A stretch of DNA of 64,000 nucleotides from Longimicrobiales bacterium (GCA_041690395.1 JAWLHJ010000002.1:96001-160000), one strand, 5' to 3'; shown: positions 54,459-63,855, counted from the first letter of the stretch. The notes: generated from the sequence alone by a model not told the origin. Numbers and translations: made by a program.

Positions 54459-56445
54459 TGGACCGCGCTCCGAGCCTCAGGCGAACGGTGTCGCCGGGCA
54501 GCACGCGGGCACCGGGTGGCGGCGACGTCCCGACGATGTCGCCGCCCGCGGGCCGGATCACCCTCAGCCCCAGTGCGTGCAAGCGACGGACCGCTACCCG
54601 CGCGGGCAGCCCGGTCACGTCCGGGAGCGCCACGCCGTCGGCGAGGCCGGGGACGCCGCGAGCGCTCGAGCCCGAGCCGGATTCCACGACGCCGAGAGGC
54701 GGGAGCGGCGGGTCGATCGGCTGGCTGGCGAAGCTGGCCAGCGACTCCGCGAGCGGACGGCGTGCCTCGGCCCTCGCGGCCGAGCGGACCAGGGCCGCAC
54801 GGTCGAGCGGCGTGGCCCGTGCGGCCAGCGCCGCCTCCATCGTTGCCCTGGTCACCGGGGCGGCGACCGCTCCACCGTAGTAGGCGCCGCTCGGACGATC
54901 GAGCTTCACGAAGACGACGAGCTGTGGATCGTCGGCCGGGAAGAACCCGACGAACGACGAATAGTACGCGCCCTCCTCGTATCCCTCGCTGGAGTAGGCC
55001 CGGGCCGTGCCACTCTTCCCGGCCACGTCGAAGGTCGCCATGCGCGCGGAGCCGCCGGTCCCGTCCTCGACGACCCCGACCAGCTCCCGGCTGATCGCGC
55101 GAGCCACCCGCTCGGGTACCACGCGCCGGATGGCCCGGGGCTCGGACCGTTCGACGACGAGCCCGTCCGCGCTCCGAACCTCGCGAACCAGATACGGCTT
55201 CATGAGCATGCCGCCGTTGGCCAGGGCGCCGTACGCCATCGCCATCTGCAGCGGAGTCACGGAGATCTCGTAGCCGATGGCGAGGGACGCGGCCGACTGG
55301 GATGTCCACTGTTCCGGACGGCGGAGCAGCCCGCCCGACTCGCCCGGCAGCTCGATGCCGGTGGGCACGCCGAAGCCGAAGTCCCGCAGGTTCTCGTACT
55401 GGGTGCCGGCGTCCATGGCCAGCGCGGCCTTCGCGATCCCGACGTTCGAGGACACGCGCAGAGCTTCCCCGACCGTCATCACCCCCGACGAATGGACGTC
55501 GTGGAGTGTCCGGCCCTCGACCGTCCAGCTTCCGTTCTCGACGTCCACCGAATCGTGGAGCGAGGCGAGGTCGTCGGTGAGCAGCCCCGCCACCGTGAAG
55601 GGCTTCAACGTCGAGCCGGGCTCGAACGGGCTGTGGATCGCGGACAGGGAGCCGTCCTCGCCGTCCCGGATCGAAACGAGTGCGAGCACCTCACCCGTCG
55701 CCGGATCCGTGACCAGCACGTCCCCACCCTTCGCCTGCGTCCGCTCGATCGCCTCCTCGAGGGCTTCGTGCGCGATCTCCTGCAGATCCATGTCCAGCGT
55801 CAGGACGACGTCGCTTCCCGTCCGCGGCGCGCTCACCATCAGCCGCTCACCCGGAATGGCGGCGCCGAGGTGGTCGCGGGCGACGACCTCCCGACCCGGC
55901 TCGCCGCGGAGGAGCTCGTCGAACGCCTGCTCGATGCCACCCTCGCCCTGGTCTTCCCTGACCCGTCCCAGGATGCCGCGCGCGAGATCACCGTGCGGGT
56001 GATGGCGCTGCAGCTCGCGCTCGAGCCTGAGCCCCCGGATGCCCCGGGCGCGCTCCTGGATGCCGGGAGGATGGAGCCCCGGCACCACGCTCCAAGCCCG
56101 GCTCGGCGCGGTCAGCGACCGTGCCTGACGGGCCGGGATCCCGAGCTCCGCGGTCAGGAGGTCACGCGCCGCCTCGAGGTCGCTGACTTCCCGGGGCGAG
56201 AAGCTCATGCGATACCTCTCACGCGATACGGCGAGCGGCATGCCGTCCCGGTCGAGCACGGTGCCACGCGGCGCCGCCACGGCGACGTCCGTCCGGTGCT
56301 GCCCCTCGGCGACCTGCTTCCACTCGGAGGCCTGTGCGAGCTGGATCTGGCCGGAGCGGGCCACGATGCAGACCAACGCGAGCAGCCATCCGGCCAGCAG
56401 GAGCCGCCGGCGCCAGGGGCTCGGGGGACGCATCTCTTGGCTCAT
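54451..56445 (-). CDS. ftsI: Division transpeptidase FtsI/PBP3-like with a C-terminal PASTA domain
   Basis: RGTVLDRDG, STLK (SxxK), SSN (SxN) and KSG motifs; PASTA-like LPDVTGL at the C-terminus. Confidence 0.92.
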   Translation of the reverse strand: MSQEMRPPSPWRRRLLLAGWLLALVCIVARSGQIQLAQASEWKQVAEGQHRTDVAVAAPRGTVLDRDGMPLAVSRERYRMSFSPREVSDLEAARDLLTAELGIPARQARSLTAPSRAWSVVPGLHPPGIQERARGIRGLRLERELQRHHPHGDLARGILGRVREDQGEGGIEQAFDELLRGEPGREVVARDHLGAAIPGERLMVSAPRTGSDVVLTLDMDLQEIAHEALEEAIERTQAKGGDVLVTDPATGEVLALVSIRDGEDGSLSAIHSPFEPGSTLKPFTVAGLLTDDLASLHDSVDVENGSWTVEGRTLHDVHSSGVMTVGEALRVSSNVGIAKAALAMDAGTQYENLRDFGFGVPTGIELPGESGGLLRRPEQWTSQSAASLAIGYEISVTPLQMAMAYGALANGGMLMKPYLVREVRSADGLVVERSEPRAIRRVVPERVARAISRELVGVVEDGTGGSARMATFDVAGKSGTARAYSSEGYEEGAYYSSFVGFFPADDPQLVVFVKLDRPSGAYYGGAVAAPVTRATMEAALAARATPLDRAALVRSAARAEARRPLAESLASFASQPIDPPLPPLGVVESGSGSSARGVPGLADGVALPDVTGLPARVAVRRLHALGLRVIRPAGGDIVGTSPPPGARVLPGDTVRLRLGARSND

Positions 56446-56729
56446 GACGCGGGCTCCCCGGAGAGAATGACGAGCTCGGAGGCGTCCGGGGTGTGCATGC
56501 CGAGGCGCGCTCGCGCCGCCGGAACGACCCGACCCCGACTCTCCAGCGACTGGATACTCCGCTCCAGGTCGATCCGCTCGGCACGCGCTTCCGAGGTGGA
56601 CCGCCTCACCGCCTCGAGCTCGCGGAGCACCTCGAATGCGCGACTCTGACGCCAGGTGACGAAGCCGAGCGCCAACAGGAGCACGGCGAGCGTGAGGGCC
56701 GCGCGGCCCAGGAAGGACGGCTCGATCAT
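56442..56729 (-). CDS. ftsL: Cell division protein FtsL-like
   Basis: 95 aa with a TM helix, a coiled coil and ARARLGM; located between rsmH and ftsI. Confidence 0.75.
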   Translation of the reverse strand: MIEPSFLGRAALTLAVLLLALGFVTWRQSRAFEVLRELEAVRRSTSEARAERIDLERSIQSLESRGRVVPAARARLGMHTPDASELVILSGEPAS

Positions 56730-57649
56730 GCCGCTTTCCTCCAGGCACGCAGGCGCGCGCTCCTCGCTCTCGGGTTGCCCGAGACCTCGTCCTCGCTCGG
56801 GCGCACCGGCTTCCTCGTCAGCGTCTCGCCCAGCGCCTTCCCACGGCACATGCAGATGGGGATCTCCGGCGGGCAAACGCAGGCGCGGCTCCACTCGCGG
56901 AACGTGTGCTTCACGATCCGGTCCTCGAGCGAGTGGTACGCGATGACCACCAGCACGCCGCCGTCCACGAGCACGTCCCTCAGCGCCGGCAGCGCCCGCT
57001 CCAGGGCCTCGAGCTCGTCGTTCACCGCGATGCGGATCGCCTGGAAGATGCGCGCCTTGTCCTGCGCGGTGGGCGACTTGCCGTACGCCACGCTCATGGC
57101 CGCGACCACCTGGTCGCTGGTCTCGAACGGCTCGGTCTCACGGCGCTTGACGATCTCGCGAACGAGGCGTCGGGCGCGAGGCTCCTCGCCGTAGGAGCGA
57201 AAGACGTCGAGCAGCCGCTCCTCGTCGGCATCCTGAAGAAAGGCCGCTGCGTCGCCGGGCGTCTCCGGATCCATGCGCATGTCGAGCGTGACACCCCGTC
57301 GGAAGGCGAAGCCCCGATCGTCGGCGTCCAGCTGATGTGAGCTCACACCCAGGTCCAGGAGCGCGCCGTCCAGGCCACGGTCCCGGACCTCCGGGTCGGA
57401 AGCGGCGTCGTCGAAGCGGGCGCGGATGAAGCGCACGCGCTCACGATGCATCGCCAGCCGCTCACGGGCCGCGTCCAACGCCTCCGGATCGCGGTCGACG
57501 GCGAGCACCCGGCAGCCCGGGCAGGCCTCCAGGATCGCGAGGGTGTGCCCCCCTCCGCCGACCGTGCCGTCGAGCAGGAGCGCGTCGCCGCGCGGGTCGA
57601 GCAGGTCGAGCACTTCCTCGACGAGGACGGGGGCGTGGTAGTCGGACAC
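56726..57649 (-). CDS. rsmH: 16S rRNA m4C1402 methyltransferase
   Basis: HAPVL, DGTVGGGGH, DLGVSSHQLD, FQAIRIAVN, HSLEDR and NPRARSA motifs. Confidence 0.96.
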   Translation of the reverse strand: MSDYHAPVLVEEVLDLLDPRGDALLLDGTVGGGGHTLAILEACPGCRVLAVDRDPEALDAARERLAMHRERVRFIRARFDDAASDPEVRDRGLDGALLDLGVSSHQLDADDRGFAFRRGVTLDMRMDPETPGDAAAFLQDADEERLLDVFRSYGEEPRARRLVREIVKRRETEPFETSDQVVAAMSVAYGKSPTAQDKARIFQAIRIAVNDELEALERALPALRDVLVDGGVLVVIAYHSLEDRIVKHTFREWSRACVCPPEIPICMCRGKALGETLTRKPVRPSEDEVSGNPRARSARLRAWRKAA

Positions 57650-57651
57650 GG

Positions 57652-58083
57652 TCAACCGAAGAGCTTGTGCGCGAGCTGCTGCAGGTCGCCGGCGGCCCCT
57701 TCGACGGACTTCCGGTACGTCTCGGGGTCCCAGAGCTCGACGCGGTCGATGTTGCCGCTGAGCAGCACGGAACCGTCCAGGCTTCCCGCTTCCTGGAGCG
57801 TGGCCGGAATCAGGATCCGTCCCTGCTTGTCCGGAGACACCTCTACGGCCTGAGCGACGATGACGCGCACGTGGTTCCAGGACTGAGGGTCGGTCCGCCG
57901 GAACTCCAGGAGCCGCTGCTGCACCTCCGTCCACTTCGACTCCGGAAAGAGCGTCAGGTACGGCTTCTCCCACTGGAGGAGCACGAAGCGGTCGCCGTCC
58001 GCCTCGCGCCGAAACGCGGAAGGCAGACTGACTCGCCCCTTCGAGTCCATCTGGTGCTCGTACTGACCGACGAAGCCGTTCAC
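57652..58083 (-). CDS. mraZ: Transcriptional regulator MraZ
   Basis: Twin DxKGR motifs (DSKGRV, DKQGRI) and VELW; first gene of dcw. Confidence 0.95.
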   Translation of the reverse strand: MNGFVGQYEHQMDSKGRVSLPSAFRREADGDRFVLLQWEKPYLTLFPESKWTEVQQRLLEFRRTDPQSWNHVRVIVAQAVEVSPDKQGRILIPATLQEAGSLDGSVLLSGNIDRVELWDPETYRKSVEGAAGDLQQLAHKLFG

Positions 58084-58094
58084 TCAATGTCCAG

Positions 58095-58150
58095 GTGGCA
58101 TGGAGTGGGGAGAAGTGGGAAGTGATGGGGGATAATAGGGGTCGGTGGAC
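58095..58150. promoter_or_regulatory. MraZ-binding repeat array (six GTGG-like repeats at 10 bp period)
   Basis: GTGGCA 58095, GTGGGG 58105, GTGGGA 58115, ATGGGG 58125, ATAGGG 58135 and GTGGAC 58145. Confidence 0.8.
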
Positions 58151-58161
58151 CACGACGTCAA
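58132..58161 (-). promoter_or_regulatory. Putative sigma70 promoter of the dcw operon
   Basis: Minus strand reads TTGACG (58161-58156), an 18 nt spacer, then TATTAT (58137-58132), with an A/T-rich stretch upstream. Confidence 0.65.
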
Positions 58162-58272
58162 GGGTCGATTTTTGGCATTTTCGACGACCCGACAAGGTGG
58201 CCAAAACCGCCCGGAGTCGTTGTCAGTCAAGGGAGACGGCGATTCGGACCAGAATCGAATTCCCAGAAAATA

Positions 58273-58287
58273 CGAACAAAAACCGAA
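58273..58287 (-). promoter_or_regulatory. Candidate LexA operator upstream of mraZ
   Basis: Minus strand TTCGGTTTTTGTTCG, 14/15 identical to TTCGGTTCTTGTTCG at the lexA promoter. Confidence 0.45.
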
Positions 58288-58354
58288 AGTCTTTCGGGTG
58301 GCTCGCCGGAACGCGGGTGGGACGAAGTGGGATGCATCCGGTCGGGGGGGGACG

Positions 58355-58392
58355 AAAAAAAGGGCGCCGCGGGAAGAAACCCGCGGCGCCCT
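58355..58392 (-). terminator. Rho-independent terminator of the TPR gene
   Basis: 13 bp stem AGGGCGCCGCGGG / CCCGCGGCGCCCT with a 6 nt loop, followed by a T-tract on the minus strand. Confidence 0.9.
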
Positions 58393-58424
58393 GAGACCCT
58401 GGAAGGGCCGGTGTGCCTACATGC

Positions 58425-60173
58425 CTACATCCCGCCCCGCTGGATGATGGCCTCCTGGATCTCGACGTAGGTGTTCGCGTTCTCGACGAGCTGCGAGAGG
58501 TTCACGTTCACCGACGCCGGGTACTGACCGGACGCGTTCAGCAGGCGTAGCGCTTCCTGGAACTTCGGCAGCGTCGACTGCGCGGACTGGAGCGTCTGCG
58601 GCTCCTGCTCCTGCACGCCCTGCTGGTACAGGCTGAAGCCGTGCCAGAAGTTGAGCTGCTCGATGAGCGGCTGCGGCAGGTTCGGAAGCTGCTTGGCGGC
58701 GCTCATTCCCTGGATCGCGTAGCCGTAGTCGTCTTTCTGGTAGCCGTTCTGATATGCCTCGTTGAAGATGAGGCGCCCGGCCTGCTCGGCCTGCTGCGGA
58801 TTGCCCTCGGCGACGTCGCTCAGGATATCGACGGCGTCCTGGATGCGGCCCGCCTGGATGAGCCAGTTGCCCTGGCGCAGCGCGGCGCTCGGGTGGTCCG
58901 GGTTGATCTCACGCACACGTCCCAGTGCCGTGATCGCGTCGTCGAGGCGATCCGACCGCTGGAGCGCATCGGCGTAGATCAGCCAGATCGAGTCGTCCTG
59001 GGGGTGCGTCTCCAGCACCTGCTCGCTCATCTGGATGGCCGACGCCAGGTCGCCCAGCTGGACGTGCGCGGAGATGACGTTGCGGAGCTGGCTCACGCGC
59101 GTCTCCGCACCCTTCGCCTCGTAGACCCGCGTGTACGCCTCGATGGCCTCACGGTAGTACTCCGCCGCGGCCGGGGAGATGGTGCCGCTGTCCTCCTGCT
59201 GCGCACCGACGGCCTGCTCTTCCTGAACCTGGAGGGCCGCGGAGAACGCGAAGCCGCCGTACTGCTCCCAGAGGTCGACGTTGTCCGGATCGACGTCGAG
59301 GCCGACCTGGATGAAGTCCATGGCTCCGACGGGGTCACCCGCCTGGGCCAGGTCGTAGGCGATCCGCATGCGGATGGCCGTGTTACCCGGCTGGAGCTCG
59401 AGGTACTGCGAGTAGTAGTCACGCGCGAGGTCGTTCTGGTCGGTCGTCGCCGCGATGTATCCCGCGAGCTGGAGCGCGTCCTCGTGGAACGGATCGGCCT
59501 CGAGCACGACCTGGAGCTCGGAGAGCGCCTCTTCGTGGTTCTCCATCTCGTAGTAGATCCGCGCCCGCTGGTACCGGACACTCACCGCCGCCGGGTTGAT
59601 CTCGATGGCCTCGTCGCAGTTCCGGAGCGCGTTCTCCCACTGCTGGCTGGCCGCGTAGTCCGCGCAGATGGCCGCGGAGCGGACCTGCGTGTTGTAGCGA
59701 TCGAAGGCGTTGAAGATCTGCTGAGCCGCCTCTTCACGGCCGTTCCGAGGCACCGTGAACTCGGGGATGTCGAACGACTCGCTCGCCCCGATGTTCCAAA
59801 CCTGGGCGTTCACGACGAACGACTCGTCGGCCTGCTGCGTGTACTGGGCGCACACGGCCACCGGCGCGTCGATCTGCGAAGCGAGCTGACGTGTCCGGAT
59901 GCAGTTGAGGTCTTTCATGTCGATGTCGAAGTCGTCGGCCGCGTCCTCGATATCGCCACGGGGGATGGCACGGTGGGTCGCGAGCCCGTCGATCAGCTCA
60001 CGCAGATCCTCGGATGCGTCCCGTCCGAAGTTGTCCCTAGCGCCCTCGAGGGGCTCGAAGTAGGGAACCAGGACGCGGAAGCGTCCTCCGTCCTGAGCCT
60101 CGGCAACCGTCGCCGGTCCCAGGACCAGGGCGGCAGCCGCCACCGTCATTACCGTCTTTAGCCGTCCGAGCAT
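58425..60173 (-). CDS. Secreted tetratricopeptide-repeat protein
   Basis: Signal peptide (AEA/Q), an N-terminal alpha/beta domain, and many TPR-like helices ending in NP/DP/QP turns. Confidence 0.85.
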   Translation of the reverse strand: MLGRLKTVMTVAAAALVLGPATVAEAQDGGRFRVLVPYFEPLEGARDNFGRDASEDLRELIDGLATHRAIPRGDIEDAADDFDIDMKDLNCIRTRQLASQIDAPVAVCAQYTQQADESFVVNAQVWNIGASESFDIPEFTVPRNGREEAAQQIFNAFDRYNTQVRSAAICADYAASQQWENALRNCDEAIEINPAAVSVRYQRARIYYEMENHEEALSELQVVLEADPFHEDALQLAGYIAATTDQNDLARDYYSQYLELQPGNTAIRMRIAYDLAQAGDPVGAMDFIQVGLDVDPDNVDLWEQYGGFAFSAALQVQEEQAVGAQQEDSGTISPAAAEYYREAIEAYTRVYEAKGAETRVSQLRNVISAHVQLGDLASAIQMSEQVLETHPQDDSIWLIYADALQRSDRLDDAITALGRVREINPDHPSAALRQGNWLIQAGRIQDAVDILSDVAEGNPQQAEQAGRLIFNEAYQNGYQKDDYGYAIQGMSAAKQLPNLPQPLIEQLNFWHGFSLYQQGVQEQEPQTLQSAQSTLPKFQEALRLLNASGQYPASVNVNLSQLVENANTYVEIQEAIIQRGGM

Positions 60174-60424
60174 CGTTCGTCTCCCCGGGATTCACCCGTT
60201 CTGTTCTTGGCCCGTAAAACAGGCCGGTCCGGTCCGGCAACCGGACCTAGAGTTCACTACCCACATAACCCGACCGGGGGGCGGAGGTCCATCCACCGTC
60301 CCCGGCCGACGAAAAAAGCGTCCGCAAGGTACGGTGGGTGCCTTGGTCTCGCCAGGGTCGATTTCCTCCGTCGCCCGGCACCTCCCGTCATCATCGGCTT
60401 CTACATCGACCACTTGTCGAGGTT

Positions 60425-60862
60425 TCAATCCGTGGAGCCGCCGAACGGACCGTCGAACGCCTCGAGCCGGGCGCGGTGCCCTTCGGGCAGGGCCATGGAC
60501 CGGCCCGCGCCGTAGTCGAACATGACCTGGACGGTCGTGCCGCTCACGAGCAGGGTTCCCTCACCCGAGCGGACCTCGTAGTCCAGCTCGAAGTGCTTGC
60601 GTCCGAGTCTGCTCGCACGCACGCCCACGCTGACCGTCTGCGGCCACAGGACGCGCTCGTGCCAGCGGATACGGGCTTCGGCGAGCACGTGGTCGACGTC
60701 CTCGATCCTTCCGCGGCCCAGCACTTCCGTGTAATAGGCCCAGCGGGCCTCCTCGAAGTACATGAGGGCCTCGGAGTGGTGCGCGTGCCCCCCGACGTCG
60801 ATGTCGCGGAACCGGACCGTGACGGGGTGATGAAAGCGGAAGCCGTCGGAGCTGTCGGTCAC
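60425..60862 (-). CDS. Acyl-CoA thioesterase (4HBT/YbgC family)
   Basis: VRFRDIDVGGHAHH...YFEEAR hot-dog fold motif. The GTG start at 60862 is approximate. Confidence 0.88.
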   Translation of the reverse strand: MTDSSDGFRFHHPVTVRFRDIDVGGHAHHSEALMYFEEARWAYYTEVLGRGRIEDVDHVLAEARIRWHERVLWPQTVSVGVRASRLGRKHFELDYEVRSGEGTLLVSGTTVQVMFDYGAGRSMALPEGHRARLEAFDGPFGGSTD

Positions 60863-60951
60863 GGCGATACCTCGGGCGGAGCGTGGGACGATGGAGGCCT
60901 GACCGGCCGCGAACCACGATTCTCTCACCCGCCCGCTCGTGTGGGAACCCT

Positions 60952-62094
60952 TCAGCCCCCGCGGAGGATCTCGATACCCCCGGATCCCGTGTCGACGGAG
61001 AGGCGGCCGTCCCCGTCCCCGATCCGTCCGCTGACATGATCACGACGGGCCGAGCGGATCTGCATGGGAAGCTCCACCTCGATCCTGCCGCTCCCCGTGT
61101 CGAGCTCCACCTCGGCGCCGAAGCCGTCCGGCACCCGGACCGTGACCGAGCCCGATCCGGTATCGACCACGAAGCGCTCGATGTCGTCGAGGAGCTCCAC
61201 GTCGATGCCTCCGCTGCCGGTATCGATCTCGACGTCGGGGCTCCGCACTCCAGTCACGCGGATGCCGCCGGACCCGGTATCCACCCGGAGACGGCGGGCC
61301 TCCACCCCTTCCACCACGATGCGTCCGGAACCGGTGTCGAGCTCCACGTCGTCGCCGGCGATCCGCGCGGCGTCGATGCGGCCCGAGCCGGTATCGACGA
61401 GGACGTCGCCCCGCACGTCCCGCACCTCCACGCTGCCGGACCCCGTGTCGACCTCGAGCGCACCCGTGATGTCGGACACGGTCACGCTCCCCGACCCCGT
61501 ATCGACACGCAGGTCGCCACGCACGCCTCGAGCGTCGGCGCGACCGACGGCCAGGTAGACCTGCATGTGCCGCCCGCTGGGGACCTCGACGACCAGGTCC
61601 GCCCACGCCTCCAGTCCGTCACCCGAGCCACGCACGTTCACGCGGTCTCCCTCGCGGCCGCCACCGTCCGAGAACGTTCCGTCGGCCCGCACCCTCAGAT
61701 TGGTATTGGACCCACGTCCCATCTCCGGATACACGACCTCGTCGGACGGGTAGATCACGCGGAGCGTGCTCCGTCCACCGATCGGGCCGGTCTCGACCTG
61801 GAGGCGTGAGGCGTCGCGGCCGCCGCGGCTCACGCGCACGACCACCTCCGACCCGCTCCCGGGAACGACCTGCACGTGACCCGCGAGGTTGTAGACGGCC
61901 ACCTCCGTCCCGGAAACCCGATGGACCTCCTGCCCGGCAGCGACCGCCGGCGCCCAAATCGTGAGCGCGAGGCCGATCGCAATCCGCGATCCGGCCCTTC
62001 GTGGGTCTCGGCGCGGCGCCGTCCGTCGTGCGTCGACTCGTCCGATCTTCGTCATGTCCCCCTCCCCTACTCTTGTCGACATCGTCATCGTCAT
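60952..62094 (-). CDS. DUF4097 family beta-strand repeat protein
   Basis: Signal peptide and nine DTGSG repeats. Start is ATG 62094 (ATGA overlap) or ATG 62055 (strong SD). Confidence 0.85.
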   Translation of the reverse strand: MTMTMSTRVGEGDMTKIGRVDARRTAPRRDPRRAGSRIAIGLALTIWAPAVAAGQEVHRVSGTEVAVYNLAGHVQVVPGSGSEVVVRVSRGGRDASRLQVETGPIGGRSTLRVIYPSDEVVYPEMGRGSNTNLRVRADGTFSDGGGREGDRVNVRGSGDGLEAWADLVVEVPSGRHMQVYLAVGRADARGVRGDLRVDTGSGSVTVSDITGALEVDTGSGSVEVRDVRGDVLVDTGSGRIDAARIAGDDVELDTGSGRIVVEGVEARRLRVDTGSGGIRVTGVRSPDVEIDTGSGGIDVELLDDIERFVVDTGSGSVTVRVPDGFGAEVELDTGSGRIEVELPMQIRSARRDHVSGRIGDGDGRLSVDTGSGGIEILRGG

Positions 62095-62951
62095 CGGATC
62101 CGGATGGATCCGTTCACCGTCTTGATCCGGATGGTCGGTCCGCCCAGGCCGAGCGTCCCGGTCGCGCGGCCGCGCCCCATGCGACCGAGCGTGATCGGGA
62201 GCTCGGAGTCGAGGCCGCCGTTCAGCCAACGCACGTCGAGCTCGGCGTCCATGTCGTCCGGGAAGTCGAGCTCGATCCGCCCGTTCACGGTCTCGAAGTC
62301 CACTTCGCCGGTAGGCGCGTCGCCCATCCGAGCCTCGATGGAGCCGTTGACCGTCCGGGCATGAGCGGATCCGGTGGTCGACAGCTCGACACCTCCGTTG
62401 ACCGTGTTGGCGACGACGTCGGACTCGAGCTCGACGGCCTCGACGGATCCGTTGACCGTGCGCCCGTGAAACGGCACGCCGCTCGGCACCTCCACACGGA
62501 ACTCGACCTCCACGTCGTTCCGACGGGTGTTCATGCGGCCGCCGTCACCCGGGGCGCAAACGTTCTCGTCCGAGCCGGACGGGGTCGGGTAGACGGCGCA
62601 GAAGGTGATCCCCCCGGCATGCTCCACACGCTCGACTCGCACCGCGGCGGGATCGCTCCGTTCCCCTCTGATGGTCGCCGTGACCACCACCTCCGATCCG
62701 GCCGCGCGCTGTGCGTGAACCGATCCGTTGACACCCTTGATCTCGAGGACGCCGCCGGCCGGCATCGGGCCGCGCCAGACGAACGCCTCCTGGCCGCCCC
62801 GGCGGACCTCCCGTCGAACGTCGCGGTCGTTCGCCGCGAGGTCCGCCACCGCGAGCCCGCCGATCGTCATGAAGCCCAGCGTCGACAGCGCCACCAGGCG
62901 CCCGACCGTCCACGCGTTCCGTCCGGTACCGTTCGTCGATCCCATCATCAT
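62091..62951 (-). CDS. DUF4097 family beta-strand repeat protein
   Basis: N-terminal hydrophobic segment and about seven (T)VNG repeats; SD GAGGAG before an ATG run at 62951-62945. Confidence 0.85.
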   Translation of the reverse strand: MMMGSTNGTGRNAWTVGRLVALSTLGFMTIGGLAVADLAANDRDVRREVRRGGQEAFVWRGPMPAGGVLEIKGVNGSVHAQRAAGSEVVVTATIRGERSDPAAVRVERVEHAGGITFCAVYPTPSGSDENVCAPGDGGRMNTRRNDVEVEFRVEVPSGVPFHGRTVNGSVEAVELESDVVANTVNGGVELSTTGSAHARTVNGSIEARMGDAPTGEVDFETVNGRIELDFPDDMDAELDVRWLNGGLDSELPITLGRMGRGRATGTLGLGGPTIRIKTVNGSIRIR

Positions 62952-62997
62952 CTCCTCCTCGTCGTCATCCATTGGATCCGAGTCTCACGCCCCACCT

Positions 62998-63855
62998 TCA
63001 ACGTCCTCCTGCTCTCGTCAGACGGATCTCTCCGTCGAACACCTCCACCACGACGTCGGCGTCGCCTCCTCCCACGGTGAAGTCGAACGCCCGGCCGCTC
63101 GTGAATCCGGACACCACCACGGGAAAGTCGGACTCGAAGTCCCCGTGGAACGTCGAAACCCGGACCCGGGCGCTGAGATCGGCCGGCAGCGCCAGGAGCG
63201 CGTCACCGCTGTGGAGGTAGAACCGGTAGGTCCCGCCGCTCTGTATCACGCCGGCGAAATCGATGTCACCGGATTGCGTCTCGGCCTTCACGGAGGCGGA
63301 CACCGCGTCGACGATCCTGATGTCACCGTCGAGCGTGCTCGCCTCCACGCTCCCCCGAGGGGCCAGCACCGTGATGTCGTCCGCGTGGGACGACAGTACG
63401 ACCGGCCCAAGTGTCCCTTCGGTCACGATCTCGCCCTCGATGGTCGTCGCCCGGAGCTCGCCGGCCGTCCCCTCCACCCGCAGGTCACCATCGACCGTGC
63501 CCACCGTCACCGCGCCCTCACCCCCGCGCACCGACACGTCGAGGTCGATGCCGTCGACCCGGATGTCCGCCCACTCGGGGACCCGGAGCGACACGTCCAT
63601 CGGACGCCGCCCCCCGTCGCGAGCCTCGGCCGTGACCACCACCCGTCCGTCGGACCGCCGTACGGCCACCCGGTCGGTGCGGCGCCCGGTCGTCACGCCC
63701 AGTTCCGTTCCGGCCACGGCTTCGATGGACAGGGCTCCACTGAGTCCGGTCACGACCACGTGGTCGCCCCTTTGGAGCTGCACGACCGTGTCGGTCGCGG
63801 CGTCAGGCGCGACCGCGCTCGCGAGCGCGGCCAGCAGAAGGAGCGCGCTCGTCAC
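62998..63855 (-). CDS. DUF4097 family beta-strand repeat protein
   Basis: Signal peptide and TxxGD/E-I repeats (TVDGDL, TIEGEI, TLDGDI, TQSGDI, TFHGDF). Confidence 0.8.
   Translation of the reverse strand: MTSALLLLAALASAVAPDAATDTVVQLQRGDHVVVTGLSGALSIEAVAGTELGVTTGRRTDRVAVRRSDGRVVVTAEARDGGRRPMDVSLRVPEWADIRVDGIDLDVSVRGGEGAVTVGTVDGDLRVEGTAGELRATTIEGEIVTEGTLGPVVLSSHADDITVLAPRGSVEASTLDGDIRIVDAVSASVKAETQSGDIDFAGVIQSGGTYRFYLHSGDALLALPADLSARVRVSTFHGDFESDFPVVVSGFTSGRAFDFTVGGGDADVVVEVFDGEIRLTRAGGR

Noticed and set aside
58095..58447. Two ~100 aa plus-strand ORFs upstream of mraZ
   Set aside because: They overlap the promoter, operator repeats and terminator, and have atypical composition with no SD or domain.
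60960..61510. Regularly spaced DNA repeats that might suggest a CRISPR array
   Set aside because: They are degenerate at third codon positions and encode the DTGSG protein repeat; there are no cas genes.
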